A stretch of DNA of 9,528 nt from Longivirga aurantiaca. GTDB lineage: Bacteria; Actinomycetota; Actinomycetes; S36-B12; CAIYMF01. The notes under the pieces are model-generated. The model was not told where the DNA came from and made no database searches. It saw nothing but the letters and a program-made list of their open reading frames with translations. The stretch is from positions 1-9,528 of the forward strand of contig NZ_JBHSTI010000025.1 of assembly GCF_042660085.1 (NCBI RefSeq), read 5' to 3'. This document shows positions 1 to 7,688 of the stretch, piece by piece; positions within the stretch are counted from its first letter, which is position 1, and each line of letters opens with the position of its first letter. The position numbers were made by a program, and so were the translations under genes.

Positions 1-1015
1 GCCGGTAGTAGTTCCACAGCTGCTCGCCGAACGCTGCGGAGCGACTGCTGCTCGTGCCGCCCTGCCCGGCGACCAGCTCCTCGCGCTTGGCCATGAATCC
101 GGCGTCCCGGTGGCGCGGGCTCGCGGCCACGGCGTCGGCGAACCGCGGGTCGAGGTCGAGCGGCTCGAGGCTCGCGCGCAGGTCCGGCCCGTGGAAGTAC
201 GCCGACGAGTAGCGCTGAGCCGGCGAGATCACGCGGTGGGTCGTCGCGACGAGGTAGTTGCCCGTCATCGACTGCAGCGTCTCGCCCAGGTTGATGACGA
301 GCGCGCCGTCGACCGGCGGGACGTCGATCCATTCCCCGCCCGGGTTGAGGGCCTGCAGCCCGCCGACGCCGTGCTGCAGCAAGAGCGTGAGGAAGCCCGA
401 GTCGTGGTGCGAGTTGACGCCGGCGCCACCGTCCGGGGTCGGGGGGTAGGAGATGAGCTTGGCGAGGGAGTGCCGCCTCTCGCCGAACGCCTTCGCGAAC
501 GTGTCCTCGGGCACGCCCAGCCCGAGCGCGAGCGCGGCCATCAGCTCGTCGGCGATGCGCGCGGCGCGGGCGAGGAACTCCTGCACCGTCTCGTGGAAGC
601 CGGGCAGCACGTGCTCGGGCAGCCATTGGTTGGGGCCGTCGAGCCGCAGGTACGCCGGCAGCGCGTCCTCGGCGTACGGCTCGTTCTCGGTCGACAGGTC
701 GAGCTGCTCGCGCCAGTCGACCTTGTTGTCCGTGAGCTCGGATCCGGTGCGCTCCCAGCCCCGGAAGTGCCGCGACCGCTTCTTCTCGATGAGGGCCTTG
801 GTGTCGGTGGGCAGGGCGAAGAACGCCTGCAGCGCCTCGAAGTACCGCGCGACGAAGTCGAGGTCGAGCTCGTGGTCGACGAGCGTCAGGAAGCCCACCT
901 CGTGCCCTGTGGTCACGAGGTCGTGGGCGAACGCCCGGCGCTCCTCGGGGGTGCCGTGCCAGCGGGTGTGCGACAGCACGGGGATCTCGGTGAACGCGGT
1001 CCTCTGGTCGGTCAT
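1..1015 (-). CDS. 2OG-Fe(II) oxygenase, isopenicillin N synthase-like family (C-terminus truncated by window edge)
   Basis: Minus-strand reading from ATG at 1015: MTDQRTAFTEIPVLSHTRWHGTPEERRAFAHDLVTTGHEVGFLTLVDHELD...NSHHDSGFLTLLLQHGVGGLQ...GALVINLGETLQSMTGNYLVATTHRVISPAQRYSSAYFHGPD. HxD iron ligand, distal THRV histidine and RxS-like motif are present. GGGGGAGG Shine-Dalgarno (minus strand) at 1024-1031, 8 nt from the start. Open to the window edge, which is why it is not in the supplied ORF track. Confidence 0.93.
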   Translation of the reverse strand, partial: MTDQRTAFTEIPVLSHTRWHGTPEERRAFAHDLVTTGHEVGFLTLVDHELDLDFVARYFEALQAFFALPTDTKALIEKKRSRHFRGWERTGSELTDNKVDWREQLDLSTENEPYAEDALPAYLRLDGPNQWLPEHVLPGFHETVQEFLARAARIADELMAALALGLGVPEDTFAKAFGERRHSLAKLISYPPTPDGGAGVNSHHDSGFLTLLLQHGVGGLQALNPGGEWIDVPPVDGALVINLGETLQSMTGNYLVATTHRVISPAQRYSSAYFHGPDLRASLEPLDLDPRFADAVAASPRHRDAGFMAKREELVAGQGGTSSSRSAAFGEQLWNYYR

Positions 1016-1201
1016 GACCCCAGCCTCCCCCACAACCGGAGGCACCTCTTCGCCGGCCAAGGCCCCACGGTCCGACCTGCCGGGCGCAGCACGCCGTTCG
1101 GGTTGTGAATCGCGGCATCTCCGGGCTGTTCTGTTCAGTTTCGGGGCATCCAGGGACGACAATGGATGCAGGACGAAGCTCCGTGGTGGGAGGGCCGTTC
1201 G

Positions 1202-1468
1202 ATGTATGACGCGACCGACGACATGGTCCAGCAGACGCTGCTCGGCTCCGACGAGCTGCGCCATCCCGATGCGCGGCGCGACGGCGGTCAGGGGCCGCTC
1301 GACGACCGTGCGACGGTGACCCGCCTCCGGGCCACCGCGCCGAACCGGCGCCACTTCTGCCTCCAGGCCGGCCTCGAGCCGGGACCGGTGGCGTACGCCC
1401 GGGTCAACGCCGCGCTGCAGCGGTTCGGGCTGCCGCTGTACCCGGCCGGGGCCCGGCACGCAGCCTGA
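1202..1468 (+). CDS. hypothetical protein, 88 aa
   Basis: ATG at 1202 inside track ORF 1166..1468, GGGAGG Shine-Dalgarno about 8 nt upstream (1188-1193), nearly all codons end in G/C. Sequence MYDATDDMVQQTLLGSDELRHPDARRDGG... No family recognised. Confidence 0.62.
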   Translation: MYDATDDMVQQTLLGSDELRHPDARRDGGQGPLDDRATVTRLRATAPNRRHFCLQAGLEPGPVAYARVNAALQRFGLPLYPAGARHAA

Positions 1469-1543
1469 GCGGGCACCTCGGCCATGAGTGCGCTCGGTGA
1501 TCCTGCGTGCGCGGAACGCGTTGCGCTGCAGGGGTTTCGACCG

Positions 1544-1571
1544 CGTGGAGTGTCCACCTGGGCACTCCGCG
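1544..1571. terminator. possible terminator-like hairpin downstream of the 88-aa ORF
   Basis: CGTGGAGTG (1544-1552) pairs with CACTCCGCG (1563-1571), 9 bp including one G-U, 10-nt loop; no clear U-tract; 75 nt after the 1468 stop. Confidence 0.3.
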
Positions 1572-1713
1572 TGCCCGCGCGGCACCGATGTTGCGCAACG
1601 TGGCCGGTTGGCGCGTGTTCGTCGCGCTACGGCGAGCCCATCGTCCTAACCTCGGACTGGCGCGGGTATGGCCGCGCGCCCGGTCGTCACGACCGGCCGT
1701 CCCGAGGAGTGCC

Positions 1714-2580
1714 ATGTCTAGGACGTCGGTACGTCGCACAGTCCGAGTCGGCGCGACCGCGGTCGCCGCGGCGCTGGGGATGCTCATCGCCACCGCACCG
1801 CCCTCGGTCGCCCAGAACCCCGGCGCCAACGGTGCGATCACGTCGGTCGACGAGTGCGTGCTCTCCGGGCCCACGGGGCATCCGTACCCCGGCGAGGTCG
1901 AGGGCCTCGGCTGCTACATCAGCGGCTCCTGGTCGCCCGACGGCCGGTTCGTCGCCATCGTCACCGACATCGGCACCGCGCCGGGCGTGGGCGAGCTCTG
2001 GATCTGGGACGACGTCGCCGACACGCTGCGTGCCCTCGGCACCGTGGACGTCGACAGCAAGACGTCGTTCAGCCCCGGGGGCACGAAGCTCGCGGTCGGC
2101 CGCGGCGGCGACATCCTGATCCTCGACGTCGCGACCGGCGCGACCGTCCGCAACCTCACGCGCACGCCGTCCACGACCGAGTCGAACCCGACCTGGAACC
2201 GGCGCAACCTCGCGATCGCCTACACCGCGCCGGATGGCGTGCGCTCGGTCAAGCCGTGGGGTGGCTGGTCGAGGCTCGTGGCCGCCGGTGCCGTGTACGC
2301 CGACTTCGCCCCCGACGGCTGGCACATCGGCTTCACCCGCGACGGCGTCGTCTACCGCGCCAAGCGCGACGGCCGCTTCGCGACACCGATCTTCACGATG
2401 CCCGAGGGCGTGCGGCCGGAGTTCGCCTGGTCACCGGACGGGTGCTACCTGCTCTCGGCCGACGGCGACGGCGGCCTGCAGATCACCACCCGCTACGGGC
2501 AGCTGGTGCAGACCGGGATCGGCGGCAGCGGCTCCAAGTCGCCCGCGTGGCAGCCGCTGCCGATCGCACGGGTGGGCTGA
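1714..2580 (+). CDS. secreted PD40/WD40-like beta-propeller (TolB-like) protein
   Basis: Start ATG 1714 with GAGGAG at 1704-1709, inside track ORF 1507..2580. N-terminal signal peptide MSRTSVRRTVRVGATAVAAALGMLIATAPPSVAQ. Repeated blade motifs: GSWSPDGRFVAIVTD, SFSPGGTKLAVG, DFAPDGWHIGFTRDG, FAWSPDGCYLLSAD. Confidence 0.82.
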   Translation: MSRTSVRRTVRVGATAVAAALGMLIATAPPSVAQNPGANGAITSVDECVLSGPTGHPYPGEVEGLGCYISGSWSPDGRFVAIVTDIGTAPGVGELWIWDDVADTLRALGTVDVDSKTSFSPGGTKLAVGRGGDILILDVATGATVRNLTRTPSTTESNPTWNRRNLAIAYTAPDGVRSVKPWGGWSRLVAAGAVYADFAPDGWHIGFTRDGVVYRAKRDGRFATPIFTMPEGVRPEFAWSPDGCYLLSADGDGGLQITTRYGQLVQTGIGGSGSKSPAWQPLPIARVG

Positions 2581-2585
2581 TCCGC

Positions 2586-2900
2586 TCAGTCGGCGCGCCT
2601 GAACGTGCGGGCGTAGGAGACCGTGCCCACCTGGATCGAGTACTCGGCGTAGAAGTCGGCGATGCCCTGCCGCTGCGCGTCGCGGTGCTCGGGATGGTCG
2701 CGCCACGCGCGCTCGCTGACGAGGTCGGCGAACGTCACGATCGTGACGCGCTCGCCGTCGTCGGCCGTGAAGGTCTTGGCGTCGAGGAAGCCGGGCATGG
2801 CCTCGGCGAGTTCGGTCATGCGCGCGCTCGTGACGGAGTAGGCGTCGCGGTGCTCGGGGCGCAGGCGGTTGCGGAAGATCGTGACGATCTGCTCGGACAT
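2586..2900 (-). CDS. antibiotic biosynthesis monooxygenase (ABM) domain-like protein
   Basis: 104 aa: MSEQIVTIFRNRLRPEHRDAYSVTSARMTELAEAMPGFLDAKTFTADDGERVTIVTFADLVSERAWRDHPEHRDAQRQG... matches the ABM dimeric alpha/beta-barrel pattern (IVTIFRNRLRP...MPGFLD.K.F...DGERVTIVTF.....W..HPEH..AQ..G...FY). Confidence 0.82.
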   Translation of the reverse strand: MSEQIVTIFRNRLRPEHRDAYSVTSARMTELAEAMPGFLDAKTFTADDGERVTIVTFADLVSERAWRDHPEHRDAQRQGIADFYAEYSIQVGTVSYARTFRRAD

Positions 2901-2952
2901 GGCGCGACGCTACAAGTGCACGTCCTGCGCGTCGTCGGGATTCGTACGACGG

Positions 2953-3384
2953 CTACCCGCGCCGCCAGCTGCGACGGCGCAGGGCCGCGATCGCGAGGCC
3001 GCCCATGCCGAGCGCGATCCCCCCGAACACCGCCTGCAGCGCGCTCGGCCCGACGAACGGGATCTGCACCGTCACCTCGACGAGCATCAGCCCGCTCGCT
3101 GCGAGCACCACCTCGGGCGTGCGCGGGTGACGGCGTACCGCGGCGACGAGCGCGACGGTCGACGGCAGCGCGACCGAGCAGAACAGCCACACCGCAGGCA
3201 GCCTCCAGCTCTCGAGGCCGAGGGGCTCGAGGTCGGACACGGGCGGTGCATAGGTGCCGGTCCACAGCTGCCACGTGCCGGAGAGGCCGCCGACCGCCAC
3301 CACCGCCTCGACCGGGATGAAGATCCGGCGGAACTCGTGCGGGCGGACGTCGGTGGGCGCGGGACGGTCGAGCGCGGTCGTCAT
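2953..3384 (-). CDS. small integral membrane protein, about 4 TM segments
   Basis: 143 aa: MTTALDRPAPTDVRPHEFRRIFIPVEAVVAVGGLSGTWQLWTG...; several hydrophobic stretches; GAGGTGA Shine-Dalgarno (minus) at 3388-3394. Confidence 0.75.
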   Translation of the reverse strand: MTTALDRPAPTDVRPHEFRRIFIPVEAVVAVGGLSGTWQLWTGTYAPPVSDLEPLGLESWRLPAVWLFCSVALPSTVALVAAVRRHPRTPEVVLAASGLMLVEVTVQIPFVGPSALQAVFGGIALGMGGLAIAALRRRSWRRG

Positions 3385-3561
3385 GGGTCACCTCGATGGG
3401 CGCCCTCGACCGCCGAGGCCCGTGCCAGCGGCGTGGCCGTCGGGCGTCCCTCTCAGCCTAGGAGCGTCGCCGTGCGGTGGCGCTGTTCCTCTGCTCACAG
3501 CATCGGTCAGTAGGGTCGGTCCGACGCCCGGCCGCAGGTCGGATCTGCGCGAGGGGACACC

Positions 3562-4284
3562 ATGAGCACCGACCAGCCGTTCGAGCCGGCTCCTCCGACC
3601 CCGCCCGCCGCCCCGGTGGCCGGCTGGTACCCCGATCCTGCCGACGCCGCGATGCAGCGCTACTGGGACGGCACCGCCTGGACGGCCACCACGCATCCGC
3701 TCGTGACCGCGCCGCCGGCCTGGCAGGCCACGGCCACCCCTGCGACGGCCCCGCTCTACGGCACGTCCGGGTACGCGGCTCCGTCGTACCCCGCCCAGGG
3801 CTACGGCGCCCAGGGCTATGCCGCTCCGCCCGGGTACGGCGTGCAGCCGCGCAAGGTCGGCTTCGGCGACGCCGTGCGCCGCGCGTTCGCCGGTTGGAAG
3901 GACTACTCGGGCCGCGCGACGGTGGCGGAGTACTGGTGGTTCTACCTCTTCCAGACGATCGTCGTCCTCGTGCCGTACGTGATCCTGCTGGTGCTGATCG
4001 CCGTCGCGTTCCCGTCGTCGTCGACCGGCTCGAACTCCTCGACCGCGGACCCGAACGGCGCGCTCGTCGCGGCGGTCGTGATCTTCACGATCCTGTTCGT
4101 GGTGCTCGCGATCGTGCTGTTCCTCGTGAACCTGCCGCTGACGATCCGGCGGCTCCACGACACCGACCGCGAGGGCTGGTGGTATCTCATCGCGTTCGTG
4201 CCGTTCGGCAGCATCGTGCTGCTGGTGTTCACGGTCATGGCGGGCACGCCCGGGCCCAACCGCTACGGCCCCGTCCCTACCTGA
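3562..4284 (+). CDS. DUF2510 + DUF805 domain membrane protein
   Basis: N-terminal AGWYPDPADAAMQRYWDGTAWTATTHP (DUF2510-type motif), Pro/Ala/Gly/Tyr-rich linker, then VGFGDAVRRAFAGWKDYSGRATVAEYWWFYLFQTIVVLVPYVILL...PLTIRRLHDTDREGWWYLIAFVPFGSIVLLVFTV (DUF805-type). GAGGGG at 3551-3556. Confidence 0.9.
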   Translation: MSTDQPFEPAPPTPPAAPVAGWYPDPADAAMQRYWDGTAWTATTHPLVTAPPAWQATATPATAPLYGTSGYAAPSYPAQGYGAQGYAAPPGYGVQPRKVGFGDAVRRAFAGWKDYSGRATVAEYWWFYLFQTIVVLVPYVILLVLIAVAFPSSSTGSNSSTADPNGALVAAVVIFTILFVVLAIVLFLVNLPLTIRRLHDTDREGWWYLIAFVPFGSIVLLVFTVMAGTPGPNRYGPVPT

Positions 4285-4295
4285 CGCGCCCGGTC

Positions 4296-5141
4296 CTAGC
4301 GGTCGAGGCCGCGGGTCATGAGACGGTCGCCGAGCGCGAGCACCCTGCCGTAGTGCCCGGGCGAGAGCCGCGCCAGCGCGTCGAGGGCGTAGGTCTCGCG
4401 GCCGATGAGCACCCGAGGTTTGCGGCGCTCGATGCCGTCGACGATCGCGCGCGCGGCGACCGCGGGATCGAGCGAGAGCATGCGGTCCCAGACCGCCTTG
4501 TGCGCCGCGTGCTCCTCCTGGTCGACACCGGCACCCACGCGCGCGCTGTTGGCGATCTCGGTGCGGATGCCGCCGGGGTGCACGGTCGTCACGCCCACCT
4601 CGTGCTCTGCGAGCTCGAGCCGCAGGCTGTCGCCGAAGCCGCGGACGGCGAACTTGCTGGCCGAGTACGCCGTCTGGCCCGCCGGGCCGATGAGACCGAA
4701 CAGGCTCGACACGTTGCACACGTGCGCGCCGCGGGTGGCGGTGAGGCGCGGCAGCAGCGTGTGCGTCATGACGACGACGGCGCGGAAGTTGACCGACATG
4801 AGCCAGTCGAAGTCGTCGAGGCTGATCTGGCTGAGCCGGCCACCGAGCGCGACGCCGGCGTTGTTGACGAGCAGGTGGATGTTGGGGTGCGCATCGCGGA
4901 TCGCGGTCGCGGCGGCGAGGGCGGCGTCGCCGTCGGCGAGGTCGACGGTGTACGCCGTGACCGCGCGGTCGGGCCGCCGCACGCGCAGATCGGCGGCGAC
5001 GTCCTCGAGCGCCTCGGCATTGTTGTCGAGCAGCACGAGGTTGCTGCCGCGCGCGGCGAGCTCGTGCGCGGTGGCGCGACCGATGCCGCCTGCGGCACCC
5101 GTGAGCACCGCCGTACCGCCGTCCACGACGTACCGCTTCAT
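4296..5141 (-). CDS. SDR family NAD(P)-dependent oxidoreductase, 281 aa
   Basis: MKRYVVDGGTAVLTGAAGGIGRATAHELAARG: TGxxxGIG cofactor motif; NNAG in LLVNNAGVALGG; catalytic S...YSASK in HVCNVSSLFGLIGPAGQTAYSASKFAVRGF. Start at 5141 with strong GAGGAGAGA (minus, 5145-5153) is preferred to the track start at 5258, which overlaps the next gene. Confidence 0.93.
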   Translation of the reverse strand: MKRYVVDGGTAVLTGAAGGIGRATAHELAARGSNLVLLDNNAEALEDVAADLRVRRPDRAVTAYTVDLADGDAALAAATAIRDAHPNIHLLVNNAGVALGGRLSQISLDDFDWLMSVNFRAVVVMTHTLLPRLTATRGAHVCNVSSLFGLIGPAGQTAYSASKFAVRGFGDSLRLELAEHEVGVTTVHPGGIRTEIANSARVGAGVDQEEHAAHKAVWDRMLSLDPAVAARAIVDGIERRKPRVLIGRETYALDALARLSPGHYGRVLALGDRLMTRGLDR

Positions 5142-5190
5142 GCATCTCTCCTCGTGTCCGGGCAGCGTGGGTGTGCGATGAAGGCCACCA

Positions 5191-6648
5191 TCATCGCGAA
5201 CGCCGGGTGAAGCGGACGCCCTCGTCGTCGAGGGGGCCGCGGGTGAGCAGCGCGACATCCTTGCGGTAGTTCTGGTTCAGCTTCCACGGTGGTCGGATCC
5301 CTTGCGCGGGTAGCGATCCCGCCGCGCGCTGCACGTAGCCCGCGCTGAGGTCCAGCAGCGGCAGGCGCTCGGGCTCGGGCGGCTCGACGGGCGTGACGGC
5401 GTCGTACCCGTGCTCCTGCATGTGGTCGAGCAGGCGTACGACGTACCTGCTGACGAGGTCGCACTTGAGGGTCCACGACGCGTTCGTGTAGCCGATCGCG
5501 AACGCGAAGCTCGGCACCCCGGTCAGCATCATCCCCTTGTAGGCCACGGTCTTCGTGGGGTCGACGTCGACGCCGTCCACGCTCAGCGTCATCCCGCCGA
5601 CGAGCAGCAGCTCGAGGCCGGTCGCCGTGACGACGACGTCGGCAGCGAGCTCCTCCCCCGACTCGAGCAGCAGCCCGCCGGGCGTGAACCGCACGATCCG
5701 GTCGGTGACGACGGACGCCGACCCGTTGCTGATCGCGGTGAACAGGTCGCCGTCGGGCACGACGCAGAGGCGCTGGTCCCACGGCCCGTACGACGGCCCG
5801 AAGTGCGTCTCGACGTCGTACCCCTCGGGCAGCTGCTTGGCCACGCCGTCCATGAGGATGCGGCGCATCGCGTGCGGGAAGCGCTGCGACAGGCGATAGC
5901 TGAGGGCCGAGGTCGCGATGTTCTTCGCGCGCACCACGCGGTACGCGGCGTCTGCGGGGAGCCGCTCGCGGACGGCGGCTGCGATCGGGTCGACCGACGG
6001 CAGGGCGGCGACGTACGTCGGCGAGCGCTGCAGCATCGTGACGTGCGCGGCGGTCTGCGCGATCGCGGGGACGAGCGTCATCGCCGTCGCGCCACTACCG
6101 ATCACGACGACGCGCTTGCCGGCCAGGTCGAGGTCGGCGGGCCAGTGCTGCGGGTGCACGACGGTGCCCGTGTAGTCGGCGCGACCCTCGAACTCCGGCT
6201 CGTATCCGTGGTCGTAGCGGTAGTAGCCCGTGCAGGAGTAGAGGAATCCGCAGGTGAGCTCGACGCGCTCACCAGTGTCGGTGCGTTCGGCGGTGACGGT
6301 CCAGCGCGCGTCTTCGCTCGACCATGACGCGCTCGTGACGCGGTGGTGCAGCCGCACGTGCTGGTCGACGCCCATCTCCCGGGCCGTGTCCTCGACGTAC
6401 TCGAGGATCGACGGCCCGTCGGCAAGCGCCTGGCCCGCGGTCCACGGACGGAACGGGTAGCCGAGGGTGTGCATGTCGGAGTCGGAGCGGACACCGGGGT
6501 AGCGGAAGAGGTCCCACGTGCCGCCGATGGTGTCGCGCGCCTCAAGGACGGTGAACGTCGTGCCCGGCCGGTCCAGCAGCAGGCGCGCCCCCGCCCCGAC
6601 GCCGGACAGCCCGGCGCCCACGACGATCACGTCGTAGTGCTCGGTCAC
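5191..6648 (-). CDS. ethA: FAD-dependent Baeyer-Villiger monooxygenase, EthA-like
   Basis: GTG start at 6648 with GAGGAG (minus) at 6654-6659 gives [24 protein letters not shown]...[44 protein letters not shown]. BVMO-type fingerprint [12 protein letters not shown], second Rossmann [16 protein letters not shown], C-terminal [30 protein letters not shown]. These closely follow the mycobacterial EthA sequence as I recall it. The symbol is by resemblance, not demonstrated orthology. Confidence 0.9.
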   Translation of the reverse strand: [485 protein letters not shown]

Positions 6649-6720
6649 GGCTGCTCCTCGGTGGCTGTCCGCGACGCTACCCCGCCGGCCCCCTGCGCTC
6701 ACCCCCACCGCTCACACAGA

Positions 6721-6759
6721 TCGATCCGTCGCTTCCGGCGGCGGGAAGCGACGGATTGA
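6721..6759 (-). terminator. intrinsic-like hairpin terminator downstream of the lipoprotein gene
   Basis: TCGATCCGTCGCTTCC (6721-6736) / GGAAGCGACGGATTGA (6744-6759): 16-bp stem with one G-T, loop GGCGGCG. Lies 24 nt beyond the lipoprotein stop in its direction of transcription. No T-tract. Confidence 0.65.
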
Positions 6760-6783
6760 CCAGGGCGCCGGGAGGGGTGCGGG

Positions 6784-7662
6784 CTACGCGAGGCCGCAGG
6801 CCTTCGTGAGGACGTCGTACATCTGCTTCTTCGCGTCGTCGGGCGGCTGCAGGGTGAGATCGACGCGGCCGTCGCCGAGGTCGAGGCCGACGTCGAACAC
6901 GTACGTCTTCTTGCTCTCGCCGAGCGAGTGGCCGTCGCAGCGCAGGGTGGAGCCGACGTCGATCGAGAGCGACGCCGTAGCCGCGGACGCCGGCATCGTG
7001 AGGAGCGGGGTGCCCGCGGGCGGGGTGGCGTCGAGCGTGAGCAGCACGCTGCCGTCGAGGTCGACGACGTCGATGGGGCCGGTGCTGCTGCCGCGGGTGA
7101 GCACGAGCGTGCCGCGCAGGACGGGTGCGCCGTCGACGGTGGTCGGCGCCCAGCTGTCGCCGAACGCGACGTCGACGGCGTCGAGCAGGCGCTGGCGGGC
7201 GCAGTCCTGGTCCCACAGCTTCTCGAGCAGGACGTCGGAGGCGGCGAGACCGATGGTGAGCTGGGAGTCGGGCGTGACGATCTCGGCCTCGACCGGGTCG
7301 GTGGGCCGCGTGCTGCCGGTGCACACGGCGTCGCCGTACGGCACCTTGAGCGCGACGGTGGCGCCGGGCGGGATGTCGTAGTCGACCTGAGCGGGATCGG
7401 TCCCCGCGAGCCCCGACCAGGCGACGGCGAGCGAGCTCACGCGGACGGTCGTGGCGCCGGCGTTCCTCAGCTCGACCTTGAGCGAGTGGGTGACCTCGTC
7501 CTCGCGGTACTGCTGCAACGTGCCGACCAGGTTGGGCGCGGGCGGTGCGGTCTTGTCGCCGCCCGAGTACGTCGCGCTGCCCGACCCCCCGGACCCCGCG
7601 CACCCCGCGAGCAGCGCACCGCCCACGACCAGGCCAGCGAGCACGCAGAGTCGACGACGCAT
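6784..7662 (-). CDS. putative secreted lipoprotein, 292 aa
   Basis: Start at 7662 gives MRRRLCVLAGLVVGGALLAGCAGSGGSGSATYSGG with n-region, h-region and LLAGC lipobox, followed by a Gly/Ser tether. The track start at 7728 would add an implausible N-terminal extension. Confidence 0.85.
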   Translation of the reverse strand: MRRRLCVLAGLVVGGALLAGCAGSGGSGSATYSGGDKTAPPAPNLVGTLQQYREDEVTHSLKVELRNAGATTVRVSSLAVAWSGLAGTDPAQVDYDIPPGATVALKVPYGDAVCTGSTRPTDPVEAEIVTPDSQLTIGLAASDVLLEKLWDQDCARQRLLDAVDVAFGDSWAPTTVDGAPVLRGTLVLTRGSSTGPIDVVDLDGSVLLTLDATPPAGTPLLTMPASAATASLSIDVGSTLRCDGHSLGESKKTYVFDVGLDLGDGRVDLTLQPPDDAKKQMYDVLTKACGLA

Positions 7663-7688
7663 GCCCGCCACCGTAGGCCGGGTGTGCC

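Noticed and set aside
110-1319. Plus-strand ORFs 110..1108 and 453..1319
   Set aside because: Antisense to the well-supported 2OG-Fe(II) oxygenase gene and without recognisable motifs.
1854-3320. 488-aa plus ORF and 212-aa minus ORF 1687..2325
   Set aside because: Arg/Pro/His-rich out-of-frame reading across the propeller gene and antisense to the ABM and membrane genes.
3388-5145. 585-aa minus and 577-aa plus ORFs (3388..5145, 3477..5210)
   Set aside because: Arg/Ala-rich low-complexity shadow translations of the DUF2510-DUF805 gene and the SDR gene, caused by high-GC bias. The plus ORF spans the antisense of the SDR with no domain-like sequence.
5410-6545. ORFs 5410..6327 plus and 6102..6545 minus
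   Set aside because: Overlap the motif-rich EthA-like BVMO frame; composition is typical of GC-bias shadows.
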